A stretch of DNA of 63,970 nucleotides, filler included, from Licmophora abbreviata (taxonomy: Eukaryota): assembly GCA_900291995.1 (NCBI GenBank). It is 8 parts of 8 records of this genome, joined end to end, with 100 filler letters (N's around TTAATTAATTAA, not from the genome) between each part and the next. Parts side by side here need not be neighbours in the genome. Positions count along the whole stretch, not along the records: positions 1 to 14,388 come from OLMU01004243.1; 7 more parts are not named here. One strand, given 5' to 3'. The position numbers and the translations under genes were made by a program. Shown piece after piece: positions 1 to 12,282 of the stretch. Positions within the stretch are counted from its first letter, which is position 1; every line of letters begins with the position of its first letter. The notes under the pieces were generated by a model. It searched no databases and was not told the DNA's origin. It was given only the letters and a program-made list of their open reading frames with translations.

Positions 1-2
1 CA

Positions 3-674
3 GCTTCCAAGAAATTGAAGAGCAGTCACCCAGCCAAGCCAAAGCGGCCGCTGGGCGTTGTCGTCGCTGCGTCCTCGTCCGTTCCTTCCACAAAACCTGC
101 AGCCGTGTCGACAGAGTCAGGTCCAGTGGCCAGCGAGATTCATGAATCAACCCAATCAGATATTGGCTCAGGCGGACCCTCTGCTACTTTCACCCGGGGC
201 TCGACCGCACACCCCACCATGCCCTCACACCATCAGCCCCCCACACTCGTACCACTCGCGCCACCCTTACCCCCAGGCCCACCTCCTGGGACTCAGGAAA
301 AGAAAATCCACAAGCGTGCAGCGGCTGGGACGACGTGGGTAGACCCCACACTAGACGAATGGCCCGAAAATGACTATCGAATCTTTGTCGGGAACCTCTC
401 GAAAGATGTGACAGACGAAATGCTGTTTCAGCACTTTAGTACAAAGTATACTAGTGTCGCCAAGGCCAAGCTGGTACGAGACAAGAAGTCTGGAGCCAGC
501 AAGGGATTTGGATTTGTATCCTTATTGCAGCCCTTGGAATGTGCGCGTGCGATCCGAGAACAGGATCAAACGTGGTTGAGCAGTCGGCCGATACGAGTTA
601 AACGAAGCGATTGGAAAGATCGAGAACTCAATGTCCAGCGAAAAAGGGAAAAGAAACGAAAGAAGCATCTCTGA
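3..674 (+). CDS. RBM42: RBM42-like RRM RNA-binding protein (5'-partial)
   Basis: KRAAAGTTWVDPTLDEWPENDYRIFVGNL followed by an RRM with RNP1 KGFGFVSL. The frame is open to the window edge. Confidence 0.85.
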   Translation, partial: ASKKLKSSHPAKPKRPLGVVVAASSSVPSTKPAAVSTESGPVASEIHESTQSDIGSGGPSATFTRGSTAHPTMPSHHQPPTLVPLAPPLPPGPPPGTQEKKIHKRAAAGTTWVDPTLDEWPENDYRIFVGNLSKDVTDEMLFQHFSTKYTSVAKAKLVRDKKSGASKGFGFVSLLQPLECARAIREQDQTWLSSRPIRVKRSDWKDRELNVQRKREKKRKKHL

Positions 675-694
675 GAATACAACATGTAGGCTTA

Positions 695-2080
695 TTATTG
701 ATCCAGCTGGCTCATGAATCGTCGTAGTCGTCGCAGGTATTCTGCCAACTTTCCCGGCCCTGTAGATGGAGTGAATAGTAACGACGGCGGCATATGGCGT
801 CAACATGTGAGATACGACATCAGGAAAGAGAAGCACCCAAGTGACACACGCAGGTCCACGATTTGTCACTTCAACTTACCCTCCGTAATGTCGTTGTGAC
901 CACGATCGGGTACCCACCACGGCTCTCGTTGTAGATCCGATGGTACAGCATTGTGCATCGCACGGCCATGGGATATATCGACCTCCTGATCCAAGACACC
1001 ATGAATCACCATGACGGGACACTGGACTTTGGAAATTCGGTCAATGTTGGGATATATGTCCAAACACGCCAAGGCTCGGCTGGGCGTCAAGACTCTCATG
1101 CCGCTAGTAAAGGGGCTGTGCAGAATGAGTCCTCCAGCGCCGACATTACGCTGGGCACAGAGATAGCAGCTGGGCCCGCTTCCTACAGACTGTCCATAAA
1201 GAACAATGTTCGATTCGTCCCTCTCCGGTGCCACATGCTCCTTGATGTAGTCGTACACTGTCACAATGTCTTGGTATGTATGCTTCTCCTCCGGCACACC
1301 TCCGCTAGCGCCGTATCCAGAGTAATCGTAGCTCACTACATGACAGTCCAAACTGTGAGCCAATATGGCTTGTAATGCATACATGGCGCCAATGTCCGTT
1401 GCATTTCCGTGGCTATAGACCAGCACCTTTGTATTTTCCGTCACATGATCAGGCGGAAGACGATAAACGAGCATCGCAAGGTGCGCGCCCTTCTTGGACG
1501 GCAGCTTGAGCGCCTCAACACTGGCTCCACGGACGGGTGGGGACGACAACTGTGGATCCAATCGAAACACATATGTCACTCCATTCTTCAGATCCTCTGC
1601 ATCGCGATTGTTGCGTACGTTGGCTCGCTTCCGCAGTGCCTTGCTTCGGTCCAGAAGCTGCGCCGCCGGAGACTTCTGCTTCTTTTTCTTTCTCCGTCTT
1701 CGAGATGCTTCCCTGGCATGGGAGGCCGTTCCAGACCGTGCTGCTACCTCGAATGGCTCAGCAGGCGGGGGAGGATCACTGGGACTAGCCAAATCGTCGT
1801 CGTCGACTTCACCCGTGCACGAGTCGTCGCCCTCACCTCCATGGTCGTACTCATCGTCGCCTTCTTCGTCTTCTAAAAGATGTTCATCTTCCTGCGGATC
1901 TACCGATTCATCAGACTCTTCAGGCAGCAAGTTCCCATCCTTATCACGACGTTCAAACGAGTACATGGCTGGCTCCGGGGGAAAGAAGGTGAGAGCGCCA
2001 GCGACGCTGCCTTTGCTGCAGCCGCTCTGGACCCACAAGCAAAAGAGCGCCTGAATGGCCCCTGGACAGCAACAGCACAT
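695..2080 (-). CDS. ABHD17: ABHD17-like alpha/beta hydrolase (depalmitoylase family), 2 exons, intron 760-879
   Basis: N-terminal MCCCCP...FFPPEP, SHGNATDIG, GQSVG nucleophile, HGxxD and HND motifs. Splicing G|GTAAGT...CTACAG|GG restores the C-terminus GPGKLAEYLRRLRRFMSQLDQ*. Confidence 0.88.
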
Positions 2081-2661
2081 GATCAACAGCACGCTTCTCG
2101 AGGATCACCGCACGAGCCTGATCAGCTGGGAGAATGGCGGCAATGTCACAGACACAACGCGGCAGAGCAAGCGCACACTGATGTCCGAAACGATGGCATT
2201 CATCTGTGATTTGCATTGAGGACAATCCGACGATGCTCGCTGGCTCGCACGCGGACAGAAAGCGCGCGTCGTTGAACCTCGTAGAGTCTGCACAAAGCTT
2301 GGTATCGGAGAAAATTCCTGACAAACGAATGACAGTGGCCACCTCGTCTCATAACCCGGCGGGATCTCGTTTCAAACTTCAAAGAGTGGCTGCGATCTCG
2401 CCACACGGCCCTCACCGTCTCACCGTACCCTGGTACCTGTAAGTGTTATCGGCCGGAGATCGATGGGGGTATAGTCTAATGCGGGTTCGCGCTCATTAGC
2501 GTACCGTACTATAGCTACCGGTATGCGTAGGCTTCTTCTGCACAAATGAGTCTGGAACTCGCTACATGCTGCTAGTCAGCCTATCGACCAGCTATCTACA
2601 AACTGCCGAGCGACGCATACCGGTAGATTGATTCATTTCCATACATTTCACCTTACTACAG

Positions 2662-4004
<1,343 letters not shown>

Positions 4005-5802
4005 GACAAACTTCTTTCGGTAATGCCCTACTAGAGTTGGGTTCTACAGCGAGGAGACGCAAGGGAAGTGGTTTGATCCCCTCGCAAGAAGACGCGGATA
4101 GCCAACACAAGCAGACCGAGAGCAGCCCCACACTTTGTGTGTCTCTTCTATCTTCTCTTGACACCGACACAAACACCGTCTCTTATCGGACATCAACGAC
4201 ACGCTTTTGCCGCCCGTCCGCGCGCCCCCCGACGATCATTGTCGTCACCCGGAAGTGTCGTGCTTTGACGGCACGTGCGGCGATTCGATACTACTGAGTA
4301 GACTTGACTCAACAACGCTATTCGATTCTTCTTAGTCACCACATCTGTGTGCATCAGAGCAGACTTATTTGCCTGTTTACGTGTAAGCTTGCGATGCCTG
4401 CGACGATCCTTGGTGTCTCGATGCAATCCTATCACCAAAAACTAGATGACACAGTGACGATCGCACCAGCGAGCGACTAGTAAAAATGTACTCACTCCCA
4501 TTCACGCTTTAGATACAGTTATATCTTGCGGGCACTGTACAAACAAGGAGCGGCTGCCGTAGGTTGTGTGTCCAGACTTGTCGTTGGAGTAAAATCCTAA
4601 CCGCCGCTATCACTTATTCTCCAGAGTTCTCTTTCGCCGCCTTTGCCATTAGTCTCCGGTACTCGTGGATTCGCAGGTCTCGTCGTTCCATGGCCCATCT
4701 CCACTCGTCACGTCCAGTCTTACGGTCCTATATACGGCAGAAATAAGGAAAAGGGGCGTGCTAAGCTATTAGAAACGACATGAACATTGAAAAATTCATC
4801 TCGTCTCATTACCGAGCGTAGCACCAATGGGTTATGACGCTAATACCACGAGCTCGCCAGCCTCATCGCACCGCTGTCTGGATCATGTTGATTTCTTACC
4901 TCACCATACGCCAATCGATGAATACCCCACATCGCACCTGCCGTCACATTGAATGCGCCCATGATGATCAGGAGAGAAGGGACTGCTTGCCACGGCATGT
5001 TGACGAATTCAAGCAACAATCGTCGGCGTTGACTGTGGCTCCTTGTGGAGATATTTTCTTGTGTTCAAGTGCTCAAGGGACAGGCGGCTCGGGCCAGTAC
5101 CAACAGGTTCGCAGAAGCTACATGCAGGTGCCTTAGTACAGATTCACGTGTGCAATGGACTACCTCGACTAGTTGAAACATTCGATGCAGGCTCCACTTC
5201 GCGTCACTCAAAGTCGCGTGGAGCGACATCAAGGCAACGTCGATCTCCCTACATTATGAGGCATGCGAGCAGACTTGTATGGAGGCACGAATTCATGGTA
5301 AGAGCCCTTCAGAATCGTGGCGTCCTCGTGTCTTGGCTTCCCTTTTCAAGAGTAGGGAATCTTGAAATACGGGAGTTGACAGGAATGGGCGCCTCGTCAG
5401 CTGTTCTGTTTTGAGAATTGGAATTTCCGATTCCTTTGTCCACGTGGACAGCTACGCACGCTGAATCAACGCGTACGTTTTGTACCAGCAGGTACGCCGA
5501 GTTGAACCACGCACATCGCTCACCTTGTCATTTTCCCTTTTCCCATCTCACCTGTGGCCTGAAGACAGACTACCGAGCCATCCCCCCAGTCACACCAATC
5601 CATCATTTGCAAGCGAGGACAAGCCAGTTCCTTACTTTATTTGTCGCTGCTCATCCTTCTTATAGCTGCCGTCTCGAGTTCGAATCCATCGGCAACGTCT
5701 GCACTTCCCAAATCCACACACTCTATCACTGCACTCACGCACGAGTCATCCCACGAGAATTCGGTTTGCAAGTCATCGAAATCAACTCCCTCCCTCAGAG
5801 AC

Positions 5803-7250
5803 ATGGACTCCAACCCTCAAAACAGCGCTGAACAGATCGAAAAGATATGCATTGTCGGCAGCGGGAACTGGGGATCCGCAATTGCCACTCTGGTAGGGCG
5901 CAATGCCCAGCGACTTCCAAACTGCGACGAACAGGTCAACATGTGGGTCTACGAAGAGACCGTTCAGCTCGAAGATGGCACTTCGGGGAAGCTCACGGAA
6001 GTCATAAACTCTAGACACGAGAACGTCAAGTACCTTCCGGGAATTCGCCTTCCTTCCAACATCAAGGCGGTTCCAGACTTGGCAGAAGCTTGCGATGGAG
6101 CGACGCTACTCATCTTCGTTTTGCCCCATCAGTTCCTTCCGAAACTTCTTCCGACCATCCGTGAAGCATCGCATCCATCCTGTCGCGGTGTGAGTCTCAT
6201 CAAGGGGCTTGGTACGTATTTCACATGATAGCGTTCTCAGAGTTCTTTCGAGTTCGTTTTCGCCATCATCGTCGTCAGTATGGCGAAAGCGCGTAGGGCG
6301 TAGTCTACGTGAAAGTGTACTGAGATCGGCGTAGCGATTTGAGTATATTGATGTACATTTTGGCATGATCGGAAATCCGACCTCACAGTTTTGGCGCGCC
6401 GTTCTCAATCTCAACAGACTTCGACAAGGAGACCAAGTTTCCTACTCTCATTTCGAAGTCCATTGCTGAAGCTATGGGAGATAACTTTCAGTGTGGAGTC
6501 CTCATGGGAGCCAACGTGGCTTCGGAAGTCGCACTGGGCCAAATGTGCGAATCAACCCTGGCATCGGACTTTGGGCCTCCCGCCGACGAGCTGACGCGCC
6601 TCGTGTTTGACTCTCCGACCTTTCGCGTGACCCATGTAAACGATGTGTCGGGCGCGGAAGCATGTGGTGCACTGAAGAATGTCATTGCGCTCGGAGCCGG
6701 ATTTGTCGACGGTCTTCACATGGGAAGCAACACAAAGGCAGCACTCTTGCGAGTCGGCCTCCGGGAGATGGCCAAGTTTTGCCACATGTTCTTTGACGGA
6801 GTGAAGGATTCCACATTTACAGAAAGCTGTGGTATGGCTGATCTCATCACAACGTGCTACGGCGGCCGCAACCGTCGCTGTGCTGAGGCTTTTGCACAGG
6901 AACGAAAGCATCACCACCATGGTATCCGGCTTCTGAACGACGAAGACGACGACGAGAAAAAAGACAACACCATTGATCAGCTGCACCACCTTCTCCCCGA
7001 GCACGAGGAGGAATGCGAGAAAAAGTGGGAAGAGATCGAAGCCGAGCTTTTGAATGGCCAGAAGCTCCAGGGGACCCTCACTGCCAAAGAAGTTCACGCT
7101 CTTCTCGACGCTCGAGGCCTTTTGAACGAATTCCCCTTGGTCAAGACCATCTACGAGATTGCATTCAAGGGCAAGTCCATCCAGAGCATTGTCGAAGGAA
7201 TCTCGCTTGTCCCCGAGAGCCAACGCCACGTCCATGCGTCTCATTTGTAA
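5803..7250 (+). CDS. GPDH: NAD-dependent glycerol-3-phosphate dehydrogenase, intron 6212-6417
   Basis: [47 protein letters not shown] and GQKLQG. First in-frame ATG is at 5803. Splicing gives KGLDFDKET. Confidence 0.93.
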
Positions 7251-7693
7251 ATACGCTACCAAGAGCAGCATTGGGCCACAGAGAAGCATCTCACGCAAGT
7301 ATCTATGTCTTCCGATTCAAATTGTCAAGTTCCGTTGGGTCCATGTAGGGAACCCACACAAACAAGTAATACAGCTCGCAGTGTTGTACACTTTGTGCTT
7401 TATATGCCAAAGTGACTTCATCACGGCGACACTAATCTAGCCAGAAGCTTTTGTATCAGTAGCGAGTCGTACCGGTTAGGTCTCAGCGCTTTGGGTCGAG
7501 CTGTGTATCATGTAGGGGACGAAGAGCATTGAGTCAGTCCGTACCCGAGGCAGGAATGCCATGACTACCTGCATGGGTGCATTCATCGTGACGGTCGTCG
7601 CATCATAAGCATGCAAGGAAACGCGTTTCGCACGATCACTACAACAATACGTCGGGGTATCTTTGAGAGAGACATAAGAGGCTTAAAGGATTT

Positions 7694-8941
7694 TTATATC
7701 TCGCCGACTTCGTCCCCGATTTCGATCGTATCCAGTACTTCTGAGATTCGATCTGGATCTTGATGGACAGCGAACTTTGGCACGCAGTCAGCAGGATCCA
7801 GGTGCAGCGTTTCATGCGGATGTCTTTCGTAGGGAGCTGATGAGAAGCCCGCTGAGGAGCTTGTTGTCGTTAATGTACCGTTGGGACTCAGCTTTGCACG
7901 AAAGAAATGAAAAGCTGGTAAGCACAGAAAAGACACTTTGCCGTATGCATGCAAGCAAGTGGAAATTATAAAGTATACACGTACCCTTTCGCGACTTCTC
8001 CGAGAGCTACTAGACCTAGCAGAGTCTCGTGCCATCTTCACAATGTCCCCGTGTCTTGGAGATGGCATGTCTCCAGGTTGCGTCTTGACTACGTCCTGCC
8101 AGTACTGCTGCTCGTCTTGGCGCCATGCCTGCTCGAAGTCGCCCGTATTTGTCGACTTGGTCGAACGGGTGTTGTAGGATCGACGGCTTGCTTTGCTACT
8201 CTGACTCCGTTGCCGTCCTGCAAGCGGCGTGGACCCCTCAGTCACCAGCACGCTGTCTTTGGCATCAAGGTGTTGTTCGGAAGTCCGGCTGCGAGTCGAA
8301 GGCGGAAAGAGAGAGCTGTCCGTGGTGAGATCGGACCGCACTGTCTTTAACATGTTGTGTTTGCGCAAACTGTCCTGTCGTGCCAGATCGTCCAGGGTAT
8401 GAGCAGAAATGGCCGATATTCCGTCGTCAAAGTCATGAGATGTTTCTCCTACTTGATGTTTCGACAATGGGGGCAGGAGTATAGGAGCGGGGATCTCATT
8501 GACCGGCCGCGCCAAGTTGACCCTCTTCGGAGACGAGATCGGAAATGGGTTGGGAACCGGCCGTTCTGGTGTCTTCGGAGAGGTCGAAGATGAGGATGAT
8601 GCACGGCTTTGTTTTCGTAGTAATGATACGGCTTGTACTGCTCTTGTATGTGCGTCCTTGTTGTATGCGAACATGCTGTCTGTACCCTTGACAGTTTCTG
8701 GCGTGTACGGTACTGCTTCTGGTGCAGGGTTGCTGGGCCCCGCTGCCGCCACACAAGACCCAAACATAGTCCAGACTATTGCTTCGAGTGAATTTTCAGG
8801 TTTACGTCCCCCTTGCTGCATCCTACTCTCCTCTGTCGTCATGGACCGAATGGATGACCACACGCCCTGGAACTTTTCACGAGCCGAGGCGGCCATTTTG
8901 GAGGACGCCGAATGCGACGAATTCTTGGATGAATCTGACAT
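7694..8941 (-). CDS. Hypothetical Ser-rich, low-complexity protein; probable in-frame intron 7892-7984
   Basis: Long ORF. A GTACGT...CAAAG 93-nt segment translates as an out-of-character hydrophobic block. Confidence 0.6.
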   Translation of the reverse strand: MSDSSKNSSHSASSKMAASAREKFQGVWSSIRSMTTEESRMQQGGRKPENSLEAIVWTMFGSCVAAAGPSNPAPEAVPYTPETVKGTDSMFAYNKDAHTRAVQAVSLLRKQSRASSSSSTSPKTPERPVPNPFPISSPKRVNLARPVNEIPAPILLPPLSKHQVGETSHDFDDGISAISAHTLDDLARQDSLRKHNMLKTVRSDLTTDSSLFPPSTRSRTSEQHLDAKDSVLVTEGSTPLAGRQRSQSSKASRRSYNTRSTKSTNTGDFEQAWRQDEQQYWQDVVKTQPGDMPSPRHGDIVKMARDSARSSSSRRSRERVRVYFIISTCLHAYGKVSFLCLPAFHFFRAKLSPNGTLTTTSSSAGFSSAPYERHPHETLHLDPADCVPKFAVHQDPDRISEVLDTIEIGDEVGEI

Positions 8942-9320
8942 TGCTGCTACCCAAAGCAATAAAATGTAGACGATCACTGGAGTACGATGCAGGAGCAGTG
9001 GAAATGGTTGCTACTTCCTTTCAATCTCACAGAGTTTACCCTTTCACGGCGTCGCTGGACTGTGCAGAAGCCAGCATCACCGATCGCGTTTATGTGTGGC
9101 ACCCGAAATTTGTTTGCAATCTTGTGGAGAGTGCTTCTCGTTTCAAATTTACGGGGACGGCTTTGGTATATATTATTCAGCTATGAGGCTACGTTTATGA
9201 TTGGAAAATGTATACAACTTATTCATTCCTGAATATTATCAAAAAGCATGCACATACATTGGTGCCATCACGCAATGCACAGACAGACGCTCGGCGAGCC
9301 AGCGAACGTTTCCCGCCTCT

Positions 9321-10502
9321 TCACGACTTGCGCCGCCCAGTCTCGGCAGCGGCACACGACTCGACTCGACTAACTCCATCTTGCAGTACCTGACGAACGT
9401 TAATATTAATTCGATGATGCCGCAAGTAAGCTCGCAAAGCTGGGTGGTCTGAATCTGGGATGCCTGCAGACTGAGTTGGCACCTTGCTTGCATCATCATC
9501 GTCGTCATCGGCTGTCTCAGGAGTCTCCCAACTTGCTGGTAGAGCCGCACACCTCGCATTAGATCGCATAACTTCTCTCGAAATCTCGGGTATGTTGATG
9601 CCAGCAGGTAGAACTCGAGCCATTCCATGGTATAGCAGACGGCTTTCACCTCCTAATATCATGACGTCTCCAGGACGGACGAGTATCGGAATCACTGGGG
9701 TAGCTTCTTTCGATTTGCCCCCAAGCAGAAACACTGCGGGTAGCCCCAAACTAAACGAAACGACAGGTTTGTTTAGAGCCAACTCCAAGTCATCCCTGTG
9801 TCCCCCCATGACAGATTTCGTGTTGTAGTAGTTTACAATGCAAGCCGATGCTGTAAACATAGGGCTGGCGCCGTGACCAGTACTATGGTGATGCATATTG
9901 TCTAACAAGAGGGACGTTTTCGCAAACAAAGAAGCCAGCTGAATCAGCATAGGAGGCGTGGGAGATTTTGCTTCTTCGTGATAAGCACGTGAGGTCCAGT
10001 CGTACTGATAGCCCATGGTAGACCACGAAAGTTTCGCAAAGCTTCGGTACCTTGTCCGCGTCGTGGCAATACCAGTATCGAACGAGGGTGAGAGCTGGCT
10101 TGCAAATCCATTCCTTTCTTTCCAGACTTCCCACATTGACTCGTCCAAATTTACTTGCTCTCTACCTTCCTTGGGAGGCACGCCATCAATGTTCGTTGCA
10201 TGTGGCTTCTCGCAAAACACAGACACTGCCTCATATGCCAGCCTGTTCTGCACATCGGTTGACAGCGCCTGAGGCGCATACGAGAATCCAGGAGCACTAT
10301 CGATGGTATATAGCAAGCCATTGTATGGAAGAGAGCACTGCGAAGGAACATTCAAGGGGAGTATCCGCGAATCTTCCTTTGGACGCGAAAAGTCAACGAG
10401 TTCGTTCAGGTGGTCGCAACGGTTAGGGTCATTCCCTTGTCGACGGTATCGCAGCTGCGCGCGTTTAAAGGCAGATGTTCCAGTGTCTTTGGCTGGTGTC
10501 AT
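9321..10502 (-). CDS. ALKBH1: ALKBH1-like 2OG-Fe(II) dioxygenase
   Basis: LSWSTMGYQYDW, IVNYY...GGHRDD (HxD), GDVMILGGESRLLYHG and RININVRQV. Confidence 0.88.
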   Translation of the reverse strand: MTPAKDTGTSAFKRAQLRYRRQGNDPNRCDHLNELVDFSRPKEDSRILPLNVPSQCSLPYNGLLYTIDSAPGFSYAPQALSTDVQNRLAYEAVSVFCEKPHATNIDGVPPKEGREQVNLDESMWEVWKERNGFASQLSPSFDTGIATTRTRYRSFAKLSWSTMGYQYDWTSRAYHEEAKSPTPPMLIQLASLFAKTSLLLDNMHHHSTGHGASPMFTASACIVNYYNTKSVMGGHRDDLELALNKPVVSFSLGLPAVFLLGGKSKEATPVIPILVRPGDVMILGGESRLLYHGMARVLPAGINIPEISREVMRSNARCAALPASWETPETADDDDDDASKVPTQSAGIPDSDHPALRAYLRHHRININVRQVLQDGVSRVESCAAAETGRRKS

Positions 10503-11110
10503 CGGCGAGTATTGGTTCTAGTACTTTGGCATCATGTCAAAACGATTCTGATCTTCCAGTGCTCAACGCCACCATCATGGTCGCGGAAGATTTTGCGGGC
10601 GTGTTCCTCTTCCTCTGTGCGAACCCGCGGCGCCAAAGACTTCGTAGGATAGAAAGAGCTCGTAGACGATAACTGCCACGCAGACACCAGACAGACACCT
10701 CGTCGCCACTCTCGCTTTCTACAGAGAATGAATCGTCAGTTTCTACCTTCATTTCTATGATATCGGTGTTGGATTGATTCGGCCGGCCTTAAGGGTCTGC
10801 GTCAAGATGTGGAAGCCTTACAATGCTTGTAGATGGCGACCCAGCTCTCTCCCTTTGGTGTGACACTGGACACCGATGTTCTTGCACAGCCGTCTGATGG
10901 GCGAGTGGGCCATCTAGCCATATCGTCTCCGCAATCATAGAGGGTCCGTGAGAGTCCTATGTGCAATCGTGTCTTGACGTGAGAAGTACGGAGCGGCAGT
11001 TGTAGGCGGTTAGATTAATCGACGAGCTTAAATTCCCTAGCTAATTGAAGTCCAAACTGGCACACGGTGAATACTATGCAATCTCACCCTCGTCGCGCAA
11101 CTCGACCTAC

Positions 11111-11698
11111 CTAACCAGTCCAGGTGCCAGGGGCCAACATGATTCCAACGGAGTGGATGACACCGTTGTCGCAGGCAACATCCGTGGGGAAGTCGGAGAA
11201 GCCTCCGAACGTCTTCTCTCCGACAATTGCGTCATTCACAAAATCCTTGCGAAAGCGGCGCCCGTATGTGAGAGCTTCGCCCTGGAGCGTAGTCAAAGGC
11301 GCCGAGGAGAGAGAGCCAGAGGGGATGCTTCCCGGAACGATGCAGTAGTTGAGGATGTTTGCATCGACCGGCCCAACCGTTTTCTCGTAAGATTCGATGG
11401 CAGTGTCCGTGGGGGCAAACACCGTAAAGGGTCCAGGACCCTGAAGTGTTCCAGCAACGCCCGTGGCTTGGAGGCGCTGAGAGAAGAGGCCAAAGTTGTC
11501 GTAGCCCTTGAGCTCACTCTCTTCCTTTCCAACAGCGATACCATCAGCTCCCCAGACTTGTCCCGGGCCTTCGAGCGAGGCAAGTGTATCGACAATGCTA
11601 GCGTCGAGTGCGAACGCGGCTCTGGGAGTCTTGGCCACCGGGGCGAAAGCAGAGACCGACGTAGCGGCGATAGCGAAGATGGCAGCGATAAACTTCAT
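11111..11698 (-). CDS. Fasciclin (FAS1) domain protein with bipartite plastid-type presequence
   Basis: MKFIAAIFAIAATSVSA/FAP presequence, GPFTVFAPTD (H1) and CDNGVIHSV (H2). Confidence 0.85.
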   Translation of the reverse strand: MKFIAAIFAIAATSVSAFAPVAKTPRAAFALDASIVDTLASLEGPGQVWGADGIAVGKEESELKGYDNFGLFSQRLQATGVAGTLQGPGPFTVFAPTDTAIESYEKTVGPVDANILNYCIVPGSIPSGSLSSAPLTTLQGEALTYGRRFRKDFVNDAIVGEKTFGGFSDFPTDVACDNGVIHSVGIMLAPGTWTG

Positions 11699-12282
11699 TG
11701 TGAGGTTTGGTGGATGAAGCACAAATGAGCCCCAGCAACCAGCTTGTTTTAGTGAAAGTTCAAACTACTAGTTTGAAGTCGATAGACACGCACGTAACTT
11801 TCAACCTGACACCCGCCGACTTGAAGGTGCATGATATGAAACTCCCTAGCGCTATATGACTTTACGTAGGGTGGTTTGTAATAATATCTGTTGCTCCACG
11901 ACATCTGGAAATTTTGTGTTGGAGTGTGTTTTGAAAGAGAGTTTGTTGTCATGGTGTTGTCTGCATGAAGACCAGAGAGCTGAAGCCCAAAGCACTGCCA
12001 CACGCACATCCCGGTATTCGAGCATGCTCTAATCAAATCTGAATTCACGTCTGAAATGACGTTCTGTAAGATAAGTAATTTTGAAGCTGCGTGAAGATTC
12101 TCAACGAGAGGTTCTACGCAGTACGTCCGTACTCTAGATTCGATACGCTCAGCTGGAACAGAATCCCGCTCTCGTCGCCTTGTTTCCAACCTCTCACTTT
12201 TCGACGCGGCGTTCGAGAAGTGCGGTTGACCCTTGAGGATAGCCTTCCCTTTTGATCAATTGATCTTTCCACCGTCCCAACC

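Noticed and set aside
2093..2293. In-frame TGA upstream of ABHD17, read as selenocysteine or read-through
   Set aside because: The ABHD17 family starts at the Cys cluster (ATG 2080), and the upstream peptide shows no recognisable homology.
4300..5800. Several ORFs in the long galE-GPDH divergent spacer
   Set aside because: They lack protein-like composition, terminal repeats and RNA-gene signatures. I treat the region as promoter/UTR.
10537..10752. 71-aa ORF upstream of ALKBH1
   Set aside because: It is short with no motif or splice evidence, so it cannot be supported without expression data.
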